The notes beneath the pieces are model-generated. The model was not told where the DNA came from and searched no databases. It worked only from the letters and a program-made list of their open reading frames with translations. A DNA stretch of 64,000 nt from Caldilineaceae bacterium (GTDB lineage Bacteria; Chloroflexota; Anaerolineae; Caldilineales; Caldilineaceae): positions 4,762,006-4,826,005 of the forward strand of contig OZ241972.1 of NCBI GenBank assembly GCA_965204025.1. Direction: 5' to 3'. Positions 48,901-58,779 of the stretch are shown here, in pieces. How positions within the stretch are numbered: position 1 is the first letter of the stretch; each line of letters starts with the position of its first letter. A program made the position numbers and the translations under genes.

Positions 48901-48971
48901 GGGACGGATGGCGCGGGAACGAACCGCCAATGCCATCCGACCAGGGGAACCCTCCGGCATGCGGAACTTTC

Positions 48972-49865
48972 CTATTTGATGCCGCCGGTAAAGCCGATGC
49001 TTTCGATCATGCGCCTTTGCAGGACCAGAAAGGCCAACAGGACCGGCGCCACGCCCAAGGTAATCCCGGCCATGATCACCGTCACGCTGTTCTGGGAGTA
49101 TTGGCCGCGCAACATGGTCACGCCCAGGGGCCAGGTGAACTTCTGCCAGTCGTTGAGGAAGATCAACGGGAAGAAGAAGGCGTTCCAGGTGCCCGTGAAC
49201 ACCACGATCGCCAACGTGGTCAGGGCCGGGCCAATCAACGGCAACATGATTTGAAGCAGGATCCGCACCGGACCGGCGCCGTCCATGCGCGCGGCGTCCT
49301 CCAGTTCGTCCGGGATCGTCAGCAGATACTGCCGCAACAGAAAGACACCGAAGATGTTGGTCAAGGCCGGCAGGATTAGGGCGGCATGCGTATCGATCAG
49401 CTTGAAGAAACGCATTTCGATGTACAGCGGCACAATGGTGACCTGCGCCGGCACCATGAGCGCCGTCAACAGGACCACAAACAGCACTTCGCGGCCGCGA
49501 AACCGCAATCGGGCAAACGCATAGGCGGCGGCGGTGCAGGTGACAAGCTGGCCCAGCGTCACCAGGACGGCGATGTTCAGGCTGTTGAGGAAGAAGCGCG
49601 GGATCGGCACCGTGGGGTGAAACAGGACCTGCTGATAGTTTTCCCATCGCCATTCATGCGGCCAAAGTTGCGGGGGAATGCTGAAGGCCGTTTTGGGCAC
49701 CTTGAGCGAAGCGCTCAACATCCAGACAAAGGGAAAGGCCATGAAGATCGACAGCAACAGAAGCGCGCCCACGGTCAACACCGTGGAGGTGCGCAGATAA
49801 CCTCGATTCCAGCGCAACCTGGACGGTACCAGCGGCTTGGACGTCACGACTTCGGCCTCTTGCAC
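48972..49865 (-). CDS. carbohydrate ABC transporter permease (MalG-like)
   Basis: EAA loop IPDELEDAARMDGAGPVRILLQIMLP. Six TM segments. Confidence 0.85.
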   Translation of the reverse strand: MQEAEVVTSKPLVPSRLRWNRGYLRTSTVLTVGALLLLSIFMAFPFVWMLSASLKVPKTAFSIPPQLWPHEWRWENYQQVLFHPTVPIPRFFLNSLNIAVLVTLGQLVTCTAAAYAFARLRFRGREVLFVVLLTALMVPAQVTIVPLYIEMRFFKLIDTHAALILPALTNIFGVFLLRQYLLTIPDELEDAARMDGAGPVRILLQIMLPLIGPALTTLAIVVFTGTWNAFFFPLIFLNDWQKFTWPLGVTMLRGQYSQNSVTVIMAGITLGVAPVLLAFLVLQRRMIESIGFTGGIK

Positions 49866-49983
49866 CGGTGCCTTTTCCGCAACGCCCGGGACATGCCCGG
49901 GCGGCGGCGTTCAAGCTTGACCTGCACCGCCATCCCCTGGTCCGAACACATGCGGCAATCGGGCACACCCATCCGGTGCCGGA

Positions 49984-50934
49984 CTACCGATAGAACACCC
50001 AGCGATCGCTGGTCGCGAACTGCACCGCCGTCACCGCCAGAATGGCCAGGAACAGGACCAGACCGATGGCGGCGGCGTAGCCGAAGTCGAGAACCTGGAA
50101 GCCTTTCTCCCAGATGTACATCAACACGGTGCGACTGGCATCCCCGGGTCCGCCCTTGGTCAGCACAAACGGCGAATCGAACAGCTGGAACACGCCGATG
50201 GCCCCCTTCACCAAAATAAAGAAGATGACGGGCGTCAGCATGGGCAAGGTGATGCGGCCAAAACTGGCCCAGCGGCCGGCTCCGTCGATGCGGCCGGCTT
50301 CATAAAGCTCGGCCGGGATGTTCTGCAGCCCGGCCAGCAACAACAGCATGTTGAAGCCAACCCCGTTCCAAACCGTCATGATGATGACGCTGTTGCGCAC
50401 CCAGTCGGAGGAGATCAGCCACGGGACCCGGTCGAGACCCAGCTTGACCAGATACCAGTTGATGATGCCCAGGTCCATGTTGAACAGATAGAGCCAGACG
50501 ATCGAAATGACGGCGCCGGACACCAGGATCGGGAAGAAGAAGACGGCCCGGAAGAAGACCTTGAAGAACCGTGGGATGAAGCTGTTGAGGGCCACGGCCA
50601 GGATCAGGGCCCACACCAGATCCAGTGCAATCATGCCCACCACGTAGTAGATGGTGTTGCCGAAGATCTGCAGGATGCGCTGATCCTCAACCATCTTGAC
50701 GAAATTCTCGCCCCCCACGAACGAGGGCGGCGTCAGCAGGTCGTAGCGCATGAACCCCAACGCCAGGCCCCCGACGATTGGGCCTATGACGAAGGCGAGG
50801 AAACCCACCACGGTGGGCAGGATGAACAACCAGGCGGTCAGTGCGTCGCGCCGCCGCAACGACCGGCCTCCGACACCGTCGCCGCCTCTTCGAAGTACCT
50901 GTCCCGCTGCACCCATCGCGCGGCTGCCCTGCAA
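49984..50934 (-). CDS. carbohydrate ABC transporter permease (MalF-like)
   Basis: EAA loop IPAELYEAGRIDGAGRWASFGRITLP. Multiple TM segments. Confidence 0.85.
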   Translation of the reverse strand: MQGSRAMGAAGQVLRRGGDGVGGRSLRRRDALTAWLFILPTVVGFLAFVIGPIVGGLALGFMRYDLLTPPSFVGGENFVKMVEDQRILQIFGNTIYYVVGMIALDLVWALILAVALNSFIPRFFKVFFRAVFFFPILVSGAVISIVWLYLFNMDLGIINWYLVKLGLDRVPWLISSDWVRNSVIIMTVWNGVGFNMLLLLAGLQNIPAELYEAGRIDGAGRWASFGRITLPMLTPVIFFILVKGAIGVFQLFDSPFVLTKGGPGDASRTVLMYIWEKGFQVLDFGYAAAIGLVLFLAILAVTAVQFATSDRWVFYR

Positions 50935-51005
50935 CTAGGGGAGGGTTCTGCCGGGGCAAGAACGCAGGCGGACAGCGAACACCGCCCGCCTGCGATCCGG
51001 AACCG

Positions 51006-52355
51006 CTAGGCGAACTTGGCCGCCCAGTCCTCGGGGCGACGCGCAACCATGTCGTTCAATTCCTGTTCGGTGCTGGCCAGGGCCTCGGCGATGCCCAGCT
51101 CGTTGGCGAACACCTGCGACAGATACCGGTTGCTGATCTGCTCCATCTCCGAGAACTCGGGCGGCGAGGTGACGGACATCACGGGAATGTCGTCCCTGTC
51201 AATCGACTCGTACCAAAGCCGGCCGCTGCGATCGTGCAACGCCAGGAATTCCTCGGAATACCCAACGGACCGCAGCGAGGGAATGTTGGCTCCGGTGGAC
51301 ACGAAGTAGGCGATCGAATCCCGCTGCAGGAGCTTGGTTTCGAACTTCCACGCCGCTTCGGGATGCTTGGACGCCAGGAAAATCGGCCAGGAACCGCAAC
51401 CCACCTCGGTGACTCTGCGCGTTCCCTGGGGCCAATACTGGACATCCCAGTCCCTGAAATCGTTTTGCAGGAAGCCACTGAGCGGCCACCGGCCGGCCAT
51501 CATCATGGCCTGTGTGCCGGCCTCGAAGTTGCCTGTGTTCTGGGCGTCGGGCTTCGGTACCGTTTCGTCCACGTACATCATGTCGTAGAGCAATTGGATC
51601 ACCTCGGCGTAGGCCGGATCGCCTTGCAGCGGGACCGACAGGTCGTCGCCTCCCATGATCCCTTCCAGGCCGTTGTTGAACAGCCAGGGACACAGCCCGA
51701 AGGGGGCAGTCCAGAAGGAGAATCCGTAGTGGGTGGTGTTGGCACCGTCCTTTCGGGTCAACGCCGTGGCATATTCGCGGAAATCGCTGAACGTCCAATC
51801 CTCCGGCGGCATCTCCAGCCCTTCCTCGGCCAGCCGGGTGATGTTGAACCAAATCATCATGTTGTTGTAGTCGTACGGCAACCCGTAGGTCTTGCCGCCA
51901 TACACGAACACGCTGGCCAGCTCGGCGGACACATCGTTGAAGTAGTCGTCCAGTTCCGGGGTGGCCTGGATGTACTCGTCCAGCGGTCGGATCAGGTTGC
52001 GGGCCACGGCCAGCCGGCCGCCCTCCGTCGGGATCTTGCCCATGTCCACGGTTTCGCCGCCGGCGATGATCACGCTCAGCTTGTCGAAGTAGCCGCCCCA
52101 GCCACCGGCTCCCACAACCCCCAGGAATTCGATCTCGATTTCGGGATTCTCTTCTTGGAATTCCGTCTTGATCGGGTCGTACAGCACCGCGCTGGAGTCG
52201 GAGGATTCGGTCGTCACGAAGACGATCTTGATGCTCTCGGCGGCCGCTTCGCCATCCGCCGCAGGAGCGGCCGGCACACAAGCCGCCAACACGCCGGCGG
52301 CCGAAGCCGTTGCCGCGGTCTTCAAAAAACTGCGTCTGCTGATGGACAAGGACAT
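51006..52355 (-). CDS. extracellular solute-binding protein of a sugar ABC transporter
   Basis: RBS aggagg. Tat/lipoprotein-type leader MSLSISRRSFLKTAATASAAGVLAAC. Family-1 SBP-like body. Confidence 0.85.
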   Translation of the reverse strand: MSLSISRRSFLKTAATASAAGVLAACVPAAPAADGEAAAESIKIVFVTTESSDSSAVLYDPIKTEFQEENPEIEIEFLGVVGAGGWGGYFDKLSVIIAGGETVDMGKIPTEGGRLAVARNLIRPLDEYIQATPELDDYFNDVSAELASVFVYGGKTYGLPYDYNNMMIWFNITRLAEEGLEMPPEDWTFSDFREYATALTRKDGANTTHYGFSFWTAPFGLCPWLFNNGLEGIMGGDDLSVPLQGDPAYAEVIQLLYDMMYVDETVPKPDAQNTGNFEAGTQAMMMAGRWPLSGFLQNDFRDWDVQYWPQGTRRVTEVGCGSWPIFLASKHPEAAWKFETKLLQRDSIAYFVSTGANIPSLRSVGYSEEFLALHDRSGRLWYESIDRDDIPVMSVTSPPEFSEMEQISNRYLSQVFANELGIAEALASTEQELNDMVARRPEDWAAKFA

Positions 52356-52772
52356 CCGGTCCTCCTGAGGCGACAGCCTCCATGGTTGGAAAGGTACACG
52401 CCCAACGATCATCGCCACTCGAGTTGCTACGGGTAAGGTCACACAACCCAAGTCCCACCGTCGATAGGGCCGTTGCTTGATGGCACTGATAGTAGCAAAG
52501 CGGAATCCGCGTCCGACTCCAGTCCCTGCCGAGCGTTGTCATGGACTTCAAGGCCTGAACAATGCGCTCAAACAAGGTGGACACCAGAGGCCCACCTAGC
52601 CTCTTCGCACCGCAACCCTGAGTTGTTGAACGGGCATCCCCTGCCCAGTATCGTCCGGGGCTGACAGCTCGCACAGCGCTATACGCATACCGGGACTTGG
52701 GAAACATCCCGGGGCCAAGACCCGGACGGACGCTTGACCCCACCGTCGCCAGGCAACCAGTCAGCCAAGCGG

Positions 52773-55523
52773 CTACACCCGGACTGAACCGAATGGATCC
52801 CCTTCCGCTCTCTGCACATTGATGGTATCCAGCACATCGGAAGCAACTTCCAGTACTTCAGGGGGAGCGCTTACCTGCTCACGGTTCAGCCATCGCAGCG
52901 CGACTATCACGGGCAACATGCTCGCTCGCACCTTGGGACTTGCTTCCAACACCGAAGGAATCCGATCCAAAAACTTGCCCGATGCACCGGCCCCCATCAA
53001 CGCCTTCGTCATCCCCTGTACGCAATATTCAACATCCGGTTCGAAATCCTCCACCATCGAACCAAGCATGTCGATTGCCTCCATGCTTTCCCTGAAGGTA
53101 TAACACTGAAACAACACACACTCGGCCCACCACCACAGGAATTTGCCTCTGTCGCCTTCAATCTCAGCAATGCCAGGCGACCACTCGTGCACAAGAGCCT
53201 CAGCTGCCTCAAAATTACCAAGCTGCACCAGGCACTCAGCCCGAGGAACGGACCCCGTGGCAGCCCACTCCAAGCCGAAATCGGTCGCAGTTGAAACCCA
53301 ACGTTCCATCCCAAGGCGAAGACAAAGTTCCGCAGAACCAAAGTCGCTCTCGTTCACATGCCTGCCAAACTTCCACGCGACGGCACTCGCGGCCACCTTG
53401 CACAGATCTTCGGACTGGCTGCCCCCAAAACGTGCCAGGGCCAAATCGGCCACTTCCTCTGCCACTGCCACCAATGCCTTGTCCCCATAGTCGGAAGCAT
53501 GATGAAGTATCCACAACATTGCTTGGGCAACCGTCAGTTGCAAGCTTCGCTCTCGACTGTTGCCAAATCTGCGATCCAGGTCGCGGACCGCTCGTCCAAC
53601 ACACGCTTGTCTGCCTAACTGCCATTCGGCTTGAACCAGAAACAACAGTGCTCGGGCCTGGAAGAAACCTAGTTCCTCATCTTCGGATTGACCATAGTCC
53701 TTCAAGTAATCCCGACTCTCACTGACGGCCCTTTCGTAAGCCTCAGTGTCCACCAACACCCGCTGCTTCACTAAAATGGCGCCGGAATACAGATACGTTC
53801 GGTCCGGCTCAGGAAGCCCGGTACAAGCCTCTACGACTTGGTTGCAGCAATGCAATGCCGACTCGTAGTCTTCAACGGAAACATGCGCACGTGCTTTCAT
53901 CACCTTGGTTCGAGCAACCCAAGATCGGAATCTTGCATCCTGAGCAACGAGTTCGGTGTCCACCAATTCCAAGCAGGTTTGGCACAATGCAACAACCGCC
54001 AGCGGCGGGATTTTGCTTTCGTTCTCTATCGCGAAATTAGATAATTGAACGCACTCAAGCGGTCTCGATTCAGTGGCCGGCACGCGTCTCAACCGATGAA
54101 CCAAGTCAACAAGCCGGTTTTCGTCTGCAAACTCCTCATCTCCGCATTGATCCACCATGCACTGCATCTTGCTTAATACTTCCCCCCAAAGATGATGCAG
54201 TGACACTGCCTTGAATTCTTCATCCCACTGTTCCACCCAGCGGTACGCTGCATCCTGGTCGACAAGGACTTGAAGCAGCTGTTCCCGGATGACCTGCCCC
54301 ACGTCGGAACCGTCGCTCAGATCGGCAAAGACTCTCGTTGCGGCCGACGGGTCGTAGAACACCACCATGAACGCGATGAACCTTCGAATGACCGCAGGTT
54401 GGTTGCGCTCCCTCCGCAGGCTGTAGTAGAAACAGAACATCCTTTCGGTCACGGAGTACCTGCGCGACCGGCGGGTTGCCGAGGCACTGACCGCACCTCG
54501 GTCCGTGAGTCTTCCCAGCATCACGGATGTGGTGCGTATGTCCATCCGGGCGCGGTCGGCTATCGCTGACGCGAGCGCAGGCTCCCACAAGTCGGCCAGG
54601 GCCAGAAACACGCGCCGTTCACCGGACGGCAGCGACTCCAAACACTGGCGGAAGTACTCGGTGTGCTCGTCAATGAGACCGACCATGTCCGCCAACAACT
54701 GTTTCAATGTGAACTGGTGACCGACACCGGCTAGGAGCATCAACAGGCGCGGGCTGCCACCGGTCAATATCTCGAAGGGCCTGATTTCCCATGCCGTCAG
54801 GTTTTGACGGGTTGCCATGTTCCAGAGCGCGGCGCACTCCTTGGTCGTCATCGGCCCCAGTTCGATCAAGCGAAACAGATCGAAGAACGCATGGTTCGCG
54901 TCTTGCAGGCTTTTGAACCTGGTGGTAGCGGTGCCAATCAGCATGATCATCGGCTCCGTCTGCAGGACCCTTCTCAAACCCCACTCGTCGTCGTCAGGCC
55001 AGGTTTCCGAGAGCGCCTGGAGGTTTTCCACCATCAATACCATGCGCCTGCCGATGGACGCCAAGCCGCGTTCGATCGCTGCCAGCACGTCAAGGCGTAG
55101 ATGTGTATCCCTCCACCGTGCACAAAACGATGCATGAGCCGCTTCAAGCTCCACTCCTGCGTCCAGGCCCTGCCTGCTGCATTCGCGCCCGAGTTGGAAG
55201 AGCACCTCCAGCCAAAAGCTGGTGAGGTCGGCAACTTCGTAGCTCTCTTCCATGAACCGGACTGGAAGCAGATCGGATGCCAAGCTGCCGTCCAACCTCA
55301 GTTCCGCCTCCAAGCGAGCCAACAGCATGGTCTTGCCCATCCCGCGCGGTGCGACGATTAGTGCATGTTGGCACGATTCGGACGCAAGATTGCGATTGAC
55401 CACCCCCAAGAGGGTTTCCAATGGCCTGTGCCGGACTACAAACTGGTCCACGACCTCCTGATCGGACTGGAACACGCCCGGATTGAACTTGCGGATGGTC
55501 GGGGCCGACGTTTGTTGGGACAT
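52773..55523 (-). CDS. STAND-like P-loop ATPase with wHTH and a C-terminal helical-repeat (TPR-like) region of about 480 aa
   Basis: RBS gaggag sits just after the stop of the upstream gene. Walker A is IVAPRGMGKTMLLARL and Walker B is MVLMVENL. A wHTH-like segment is SGERRVFLALADLW...YSVTERMFCFYYSLR. I saw no effector domain. Confidence 0.75.
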   Translation of the reverse strand: MSQQTSAPTIRKFNPGVFQSDQEVVDQFVVRHRPLETLLGVVNRNLASESCQHALIVAPRGMGKTMLLARLEAELRLDGSLASDLLPVRFMEESYEVADLTSFWLEVLFQLGRECSRQGLDAGVELEAAHASFCARWRDTHLRLDVLAAIERGLASIGRRMVLMVENLQALSETWPDDDEWGLRRVLQTEPMIMLIGTATTRFKSLQDANHAFFDLFRLIELGPMTTKECAALWNMATRQNLTAWEIRPFEILTGGSPRLLMLLAGVGHQFTLKQLLADMVGLIDEHTEYFRQCLESLPSGERRVFLALADLWEPALASAIADRARMDIRTTSVMLGRLTDRGAVSASATRRSRRYSVTERMFCFYYSLRRERNQPAVIRRFIAFMVVFYDPSAATRVFADLSDGSDVGQVIREQLLQVLVDQDAAYRWVEQWDEEFKAVSLHHLWGEVLSKMQCMVDQCGDEEFADENRLVDLVHRLRRVPATESRPLECVQLSNFAIENESKIPPLAVVALCQTCLELVDTELVAQDARFRSWVARTKVMKARAHVSVEDYESALHCCNQVVEACTGLPEPDRTYLYSGAILVKQRVLVDTEAYERAVSESRDYLKDYGQSEDEELGFFQARALLFLVQAEWQLGRQACVGRAVRDLDRRFGNSRERSLQLTVAQAMLWILHHASDYGDKALVAVAEEVADLALARFGGSQSEDLCKVAASAVAWKFGRHVNESDFGSAELCLRLGMERWVSTATDFGLEWAATGSVPRAECLVQLGNFEAAEALVHEWSPGIAEIEGDRGKFLWWWAECVLFQCYTFRESMEAIDMLGSMVEDFEPDVEYCVQGMTKALMGAGASGKFLDRIPSVLEASPKVRASMLPVIVALRWLNREQVSAPPEVLEVASDVLDTINVQRAEGDPFGSVRV

Positions 55524-55542
55524 TCCGTACTCCTCGGCCACT

Positions 55543-56799
55543 TCAGCCTGTATGCAGTGATCGGGTCGCGCCGTACCTGATGCGCCAATAGTCCCCGAGC
55601 CAACGGGACGGGAAGAAGAACAACCGCCGGTCCACATCGTGTTCCAGGTACCCGTCATGTTCCAGGATGTTCAGGATCGTATCGACCCGTTCGCTTGCGT
55701 CGGATACCAGCTTGGAGAACCTTGCGACCACCTGACGCCTTGCCTCACCGGTGAACTCATCCCGCCTCGCCGTTTCGGCCAGAATCGTCATGGCGATCGC
55801 GTAATCGGCATCTTCGTCCAGGACTTGGCGGAGCCGCGTTTCGTAGTGCAACAGTCCGGACTGCCCCTCGGGGCCCAACAGCTGCTGCCGGTATACGGTC
55901 TCCACATCGGCCACTGTCACCACATGCCTGTCTTGGACCCTTGCGTGGTCGGCGATGCGGGCGAAGAAGAGCTGTACATGGTAGGGAATTCCAATCCCCA
56001 GCCTGTCGTAGACAGCCTGCGCGACGCCAGGCTCCACGTGGATTGATTCGCTCCGGGCCAAAGAATCGAAGCATTCGATGCTGGTGGCCCGGTCCCACGG
56101 ACCCAACCGATAGGGGTACAGGTAGTTCACGCGGTCCGGCATGCCAAGCCTTGACACCAGCGGCATCAAACCTATGCTGCCGGTGACCATCAGCGAGAGC
56201 GAGTCCCTGGAAACCTGCTGTACCGTGCTCCGGAGCCAACTGAGGAACCCGTCCACCTGTTCGATTCCGTCGTGATCCCGCAGAAGGCGTTGCAGGAAGA
56301 CGGGCACTTCGTCGATTACCAACAGCACAGGTTGGTCGTGTTGGGCGCCAAATCCGATCAATTCCTGTCCGACGGTTTTCCAATTTCCGCTGTGCACCTG
56401 CGCTCTGAACCGCACTGAGAAGTCGTACAGTTCCACCTCTTCGATGTACGTGGTCCAGGCCTGTCCGAAGAGCTTCTTCCAGCGTGCTCCCAATGGAACC
56501 ACGTTGCGCATCCCGGAGGCGAGCAACGCGATCACGTCTTCCACCGTCGCGGCCTCCTCCACGTCGATGAAGATGAATTGCCAGTCCTCGCCACACAAAC
56601 GACGCCCAAGCTCGCGGGCGATGCTTGTCTTTCCCATTCGCCGCTGCCCGGTCAGCAGTATGTGATTGAAGCTTCGGACCAGCGGACCAAGCACCGCGAG
56701 CTCTCTCCCTGCCCACGAAGTCATCTCCGGTAACCCACGCACCTGTCGAACTGCGCATACCACCTCCTTCCCAATGCTGCTCATCGCCACACTGCACAT
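55543..56799 (-). CDS. archaeal-type (ATPase_2/ORC-like) P-loop ATPase with a C-terminal wHTH
   Basis: Walker A LLTGQRRMGKTSIAREL. Walker B VLLVIDEVPVF. C-terminus ILEHDGYLEHD..FFFPSRWLGDYW, which is DUF234-like. An alternative start lies at 56784. Confidence 0.75.
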   Translation of the reverse strand: MCSVAMSSIGKEVVCAVRQVRGLPEMTSWAGRELAVLGPLVRSFNHILLTGQRRMGKTSIARELGRRLCGEDWQFIFIDVEEAATVEDVIALLASGMRNVVPLGARWKKLFGQAWTTYIEEVELYDFSVRFRAQVHSGNWKTVGQELIGFGAQHDQPVLLVIDEVPVFLQRLLRDHDGIEQVDGFLSWLRSTVQQVSRDSLSLMVTGSIGLMPLVSRLGMPDRVNYLYPYRLGPWDRATSIECFDSLARSESIHVEPGVAQAVYDRLGIGIPYHVQLFFARIADHARVQDRHVVTVADVETVYRQQLLGPEGQSGLLHYETRLRQVLDEDADYAIAMTILAETARRDEFTGEARRQVVARFSKLVSDASERVDTILNILEHDGYLEHDVDRRLFFFPSRWLGDYWRIRYGATRSLHTG

Positions 56800-56803
56800 G
56801 ACA

Positions 56804-56841
56804 CCAACATGTTGTCAACAAAATAGTTGACAACATGTTGG
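56804..56841. promoter_or_regulatory. nested palindrome (putative operator) at the head of the two-ATPase operon
   Basis: ccaacatgttgtcaac-aaaata-gttgacaacatgttgg has perfect 16-bp arms. Each arm holds the self-complementary 10-mer caacatgttg. A TTGACA hexamer reads in both directions. Confidence 0.6.
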
Positions 56842-57630
56842 TTGAAAAGTCGGTTCGGTTTCATCGTGGTCCCATGCGCGAGCAGTCCACCGCCAATGCC
56901 ACGAGAATTGTCGGACCGGCGGGCGCACCAAGCCAACCGCCGGCCAACCCCAGGAAACGCGCCTGTCTCCAACATCCAACGGTCTCTCCTAAGATGTTTG
57001 ACGCTGACAACACGCAGGACTTGCCAGGGACTCTGATCGGCCGGCGATTGCGTGGGCCTATGCAATGCGGATCGCAGTGATAGTCCAACCACCTTGGCGG
57101 AGGCGTGCTCTTCCTATCCCTTCGAAGACTGAGGGTAACCAGCACCATAGGCCATGCCACCATCCATGACCCAGATGGAACAGACGAGATCGAGGACATG
57201 GGGAACAGACTCGTCTCCGCGAACGACGACCATACCGACCTTCGTATGCGTGAGCCCGGGACCGCCATCCCCGACGTCTCTGGGGTAGCCACGCGGCTGA
57301 GCCCCTCGGAATCTTCGACCCTAGCCAATAGACTCGCCCTGCCACCGTACCCGAACCCCAAAGAGCCGAGTGAGCCTGTATTAGAATCGGCTGGCCCTTG
57401 GCGGATGGGTGCCTGCCGGATCCGTGGGCTGGCAACGACATCGGCGTCCCGGTGACGAAGCCGACACCATTGCCGATCCCACGTGGCAACTTGGCAAGTG
57501 CCACCGCCCCGCAGAAGTATTGGTCCCGGGACCAGTTGCAGGTCGCCAGCCACGACCGGGCATTCATCGAAACAACAGGCACATCCGGATGCTGCACCGG
57601 CACGACCCATCCAACAATAAAGAACGGCCG

Positions 57631-58779
57631 ATGTTCAAGCCACGCACCGGAATGCGGTACGCAAGCCTCCTTCTGGTGTTGCTCATCGCGCTCAGCCTGA
57701 CGATGGCGGGCTGCTGGAACCGCCGCAACCAGCCGGAGGAAACAACCCCGGCGCCGCCCACGCCGGTGGTGGAGGACTCCGCACCGGTCCCGACCTTCAC
57801 TCCAACCCCGGACATGCCCCCTGAACCCACGGACACCCCCGTGCCGGCGGAGCCGACGGCGACGGACACGCCGGCACCGCCAAAAACCGTCACCATTGTC
57901 CAGGCAAATCTGCGTCAGGGTCCCAGCACCTTCTATCCCATCGTGGGACTGGTGGAGAAGAACGACCCGGTCGAGGTGGTGGCCCAGTCCCCCGACCTCC
58001 AATGGCTGAAGTTGGCCAACGATGCCTGGATTTACAAGCCCCTGGTGGCCGGTGTCCCTGCGGACCTTCCGATTGCCACCGGCGTGGTGGCGACACCGCA
58101 GCCGACTGCCGTCCCGCAGCCAACCGCCACGCCGACTCCGCCCCCGACCCCTACACGCACACCCACTCCCACCCCGACCCCCGAACGCGGCGACTGGGGC
58201 AAGGAAGTTCCGCTTGGAACGGCGTTTGATGCAGACCACGATCCCAGAACGAGCCCGCCCCAGACGGTGGACGGTCTGTCCCTCAAGGTGGTGGAAGGGA
58301 TTGACGACCCAGGCGACCTGGACCATCTCTTCGGCATCCCCGGCACCAATACATGCACCCAGTGCTTCGCCATCAAGATTGCCCTGGAGAATGTCGGCGG
58401 CAACCCCATTGAATACGTGGTCATGGAGGACTTTTATCTTGTCAAGCGCGTGGCATCCCACCAGGCTCCGGTCAAGGTGGCTTCCCCCCAGGAATGTGCC
58501 GAGGATGCCGTGCCCAGCCAAGCCAACCCCAAGAATCTGGTCAAGCTGTCCAGGGGCGTGGGACAGGTCATCGAGGAAAATCTTTGCTTCCGCCCAGTGC
58601 CGGATGACCTAGCAACCATCCGAGAGACGTATTACCTGGTCTACGAACCGCAGTTCACCTACGTTCCCACGGGAACCGCAACGCCTACACCAGAGAATCG
58701 TGACGTTGTCGTCACGGATACTTCTGAATCCGGCCAAGACTATCGAACAGGCTGGAGGGTGTACTACGCCCTGCGGTAG
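57631..58779 (+). CDS. lipoprotein with an SH3b domain and Pro/Thr linkers
   Basis: Leader with lipobox LTMAGC. SH3b-like segment VTIVQANLRQGPSTFYPIVGLVEKNDPVEVVAQSPDLQWLKL. The C-terminal domain is unrecognised. Confidence 0.7.
   Translation: MFKPRTGMRYASLLLVLLIALSLTMAGCWNRRNQPEETTPAPPTPVVEDSAPVPTFTPTPDMPPEPTDTPVPAEPTATDTPAPPKTVTIVQANLRQGPSTFYPIVGLVEKNDPVEVVAQSPDLQWLKLANDAWIYKPLVAGVPADLPIATGVVATPQPTAVPQPTATPTPPPTPTRTPTPTPTPERGDWGKEVPLGTAFDADHDPRTSPPQTVDGLSLKVVEGIDDPGDLDHLFGIPGTNTCTQCFAIKIALENVGGNPIEYVVMEDFYLVKRVASHQAPVKVASPQECAEDAVPSQANPKNLVKLSRGVGQVIEENLCFRPVPDDLATIRETYYLVYEPQFTYVPTGTATPTPENRDVVVTDTSESGQDYRTGWRVYYALR

Noticed and set aside
51199-52743. 514-aa minus-strand ORF
   Set aside because: It is an out-of-frame shadow of the solute-binding-protein gene.
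56861-57610. Possible IS701-like or S24-peptidase-like remnants between the ATPase operon and the SH3b lipoprotein gene
   Set aside because: Only weak pattern resemblance in mixed frames (SWMVAWPMVLVTLSL; VVVRGDESVPHVLD). This is not enough to call.
57058-58521. 487-aa minus-strand ORF
   Set aside because: It is antisense to the SH3b lipoprotein gene and rich in Arg/Gly.
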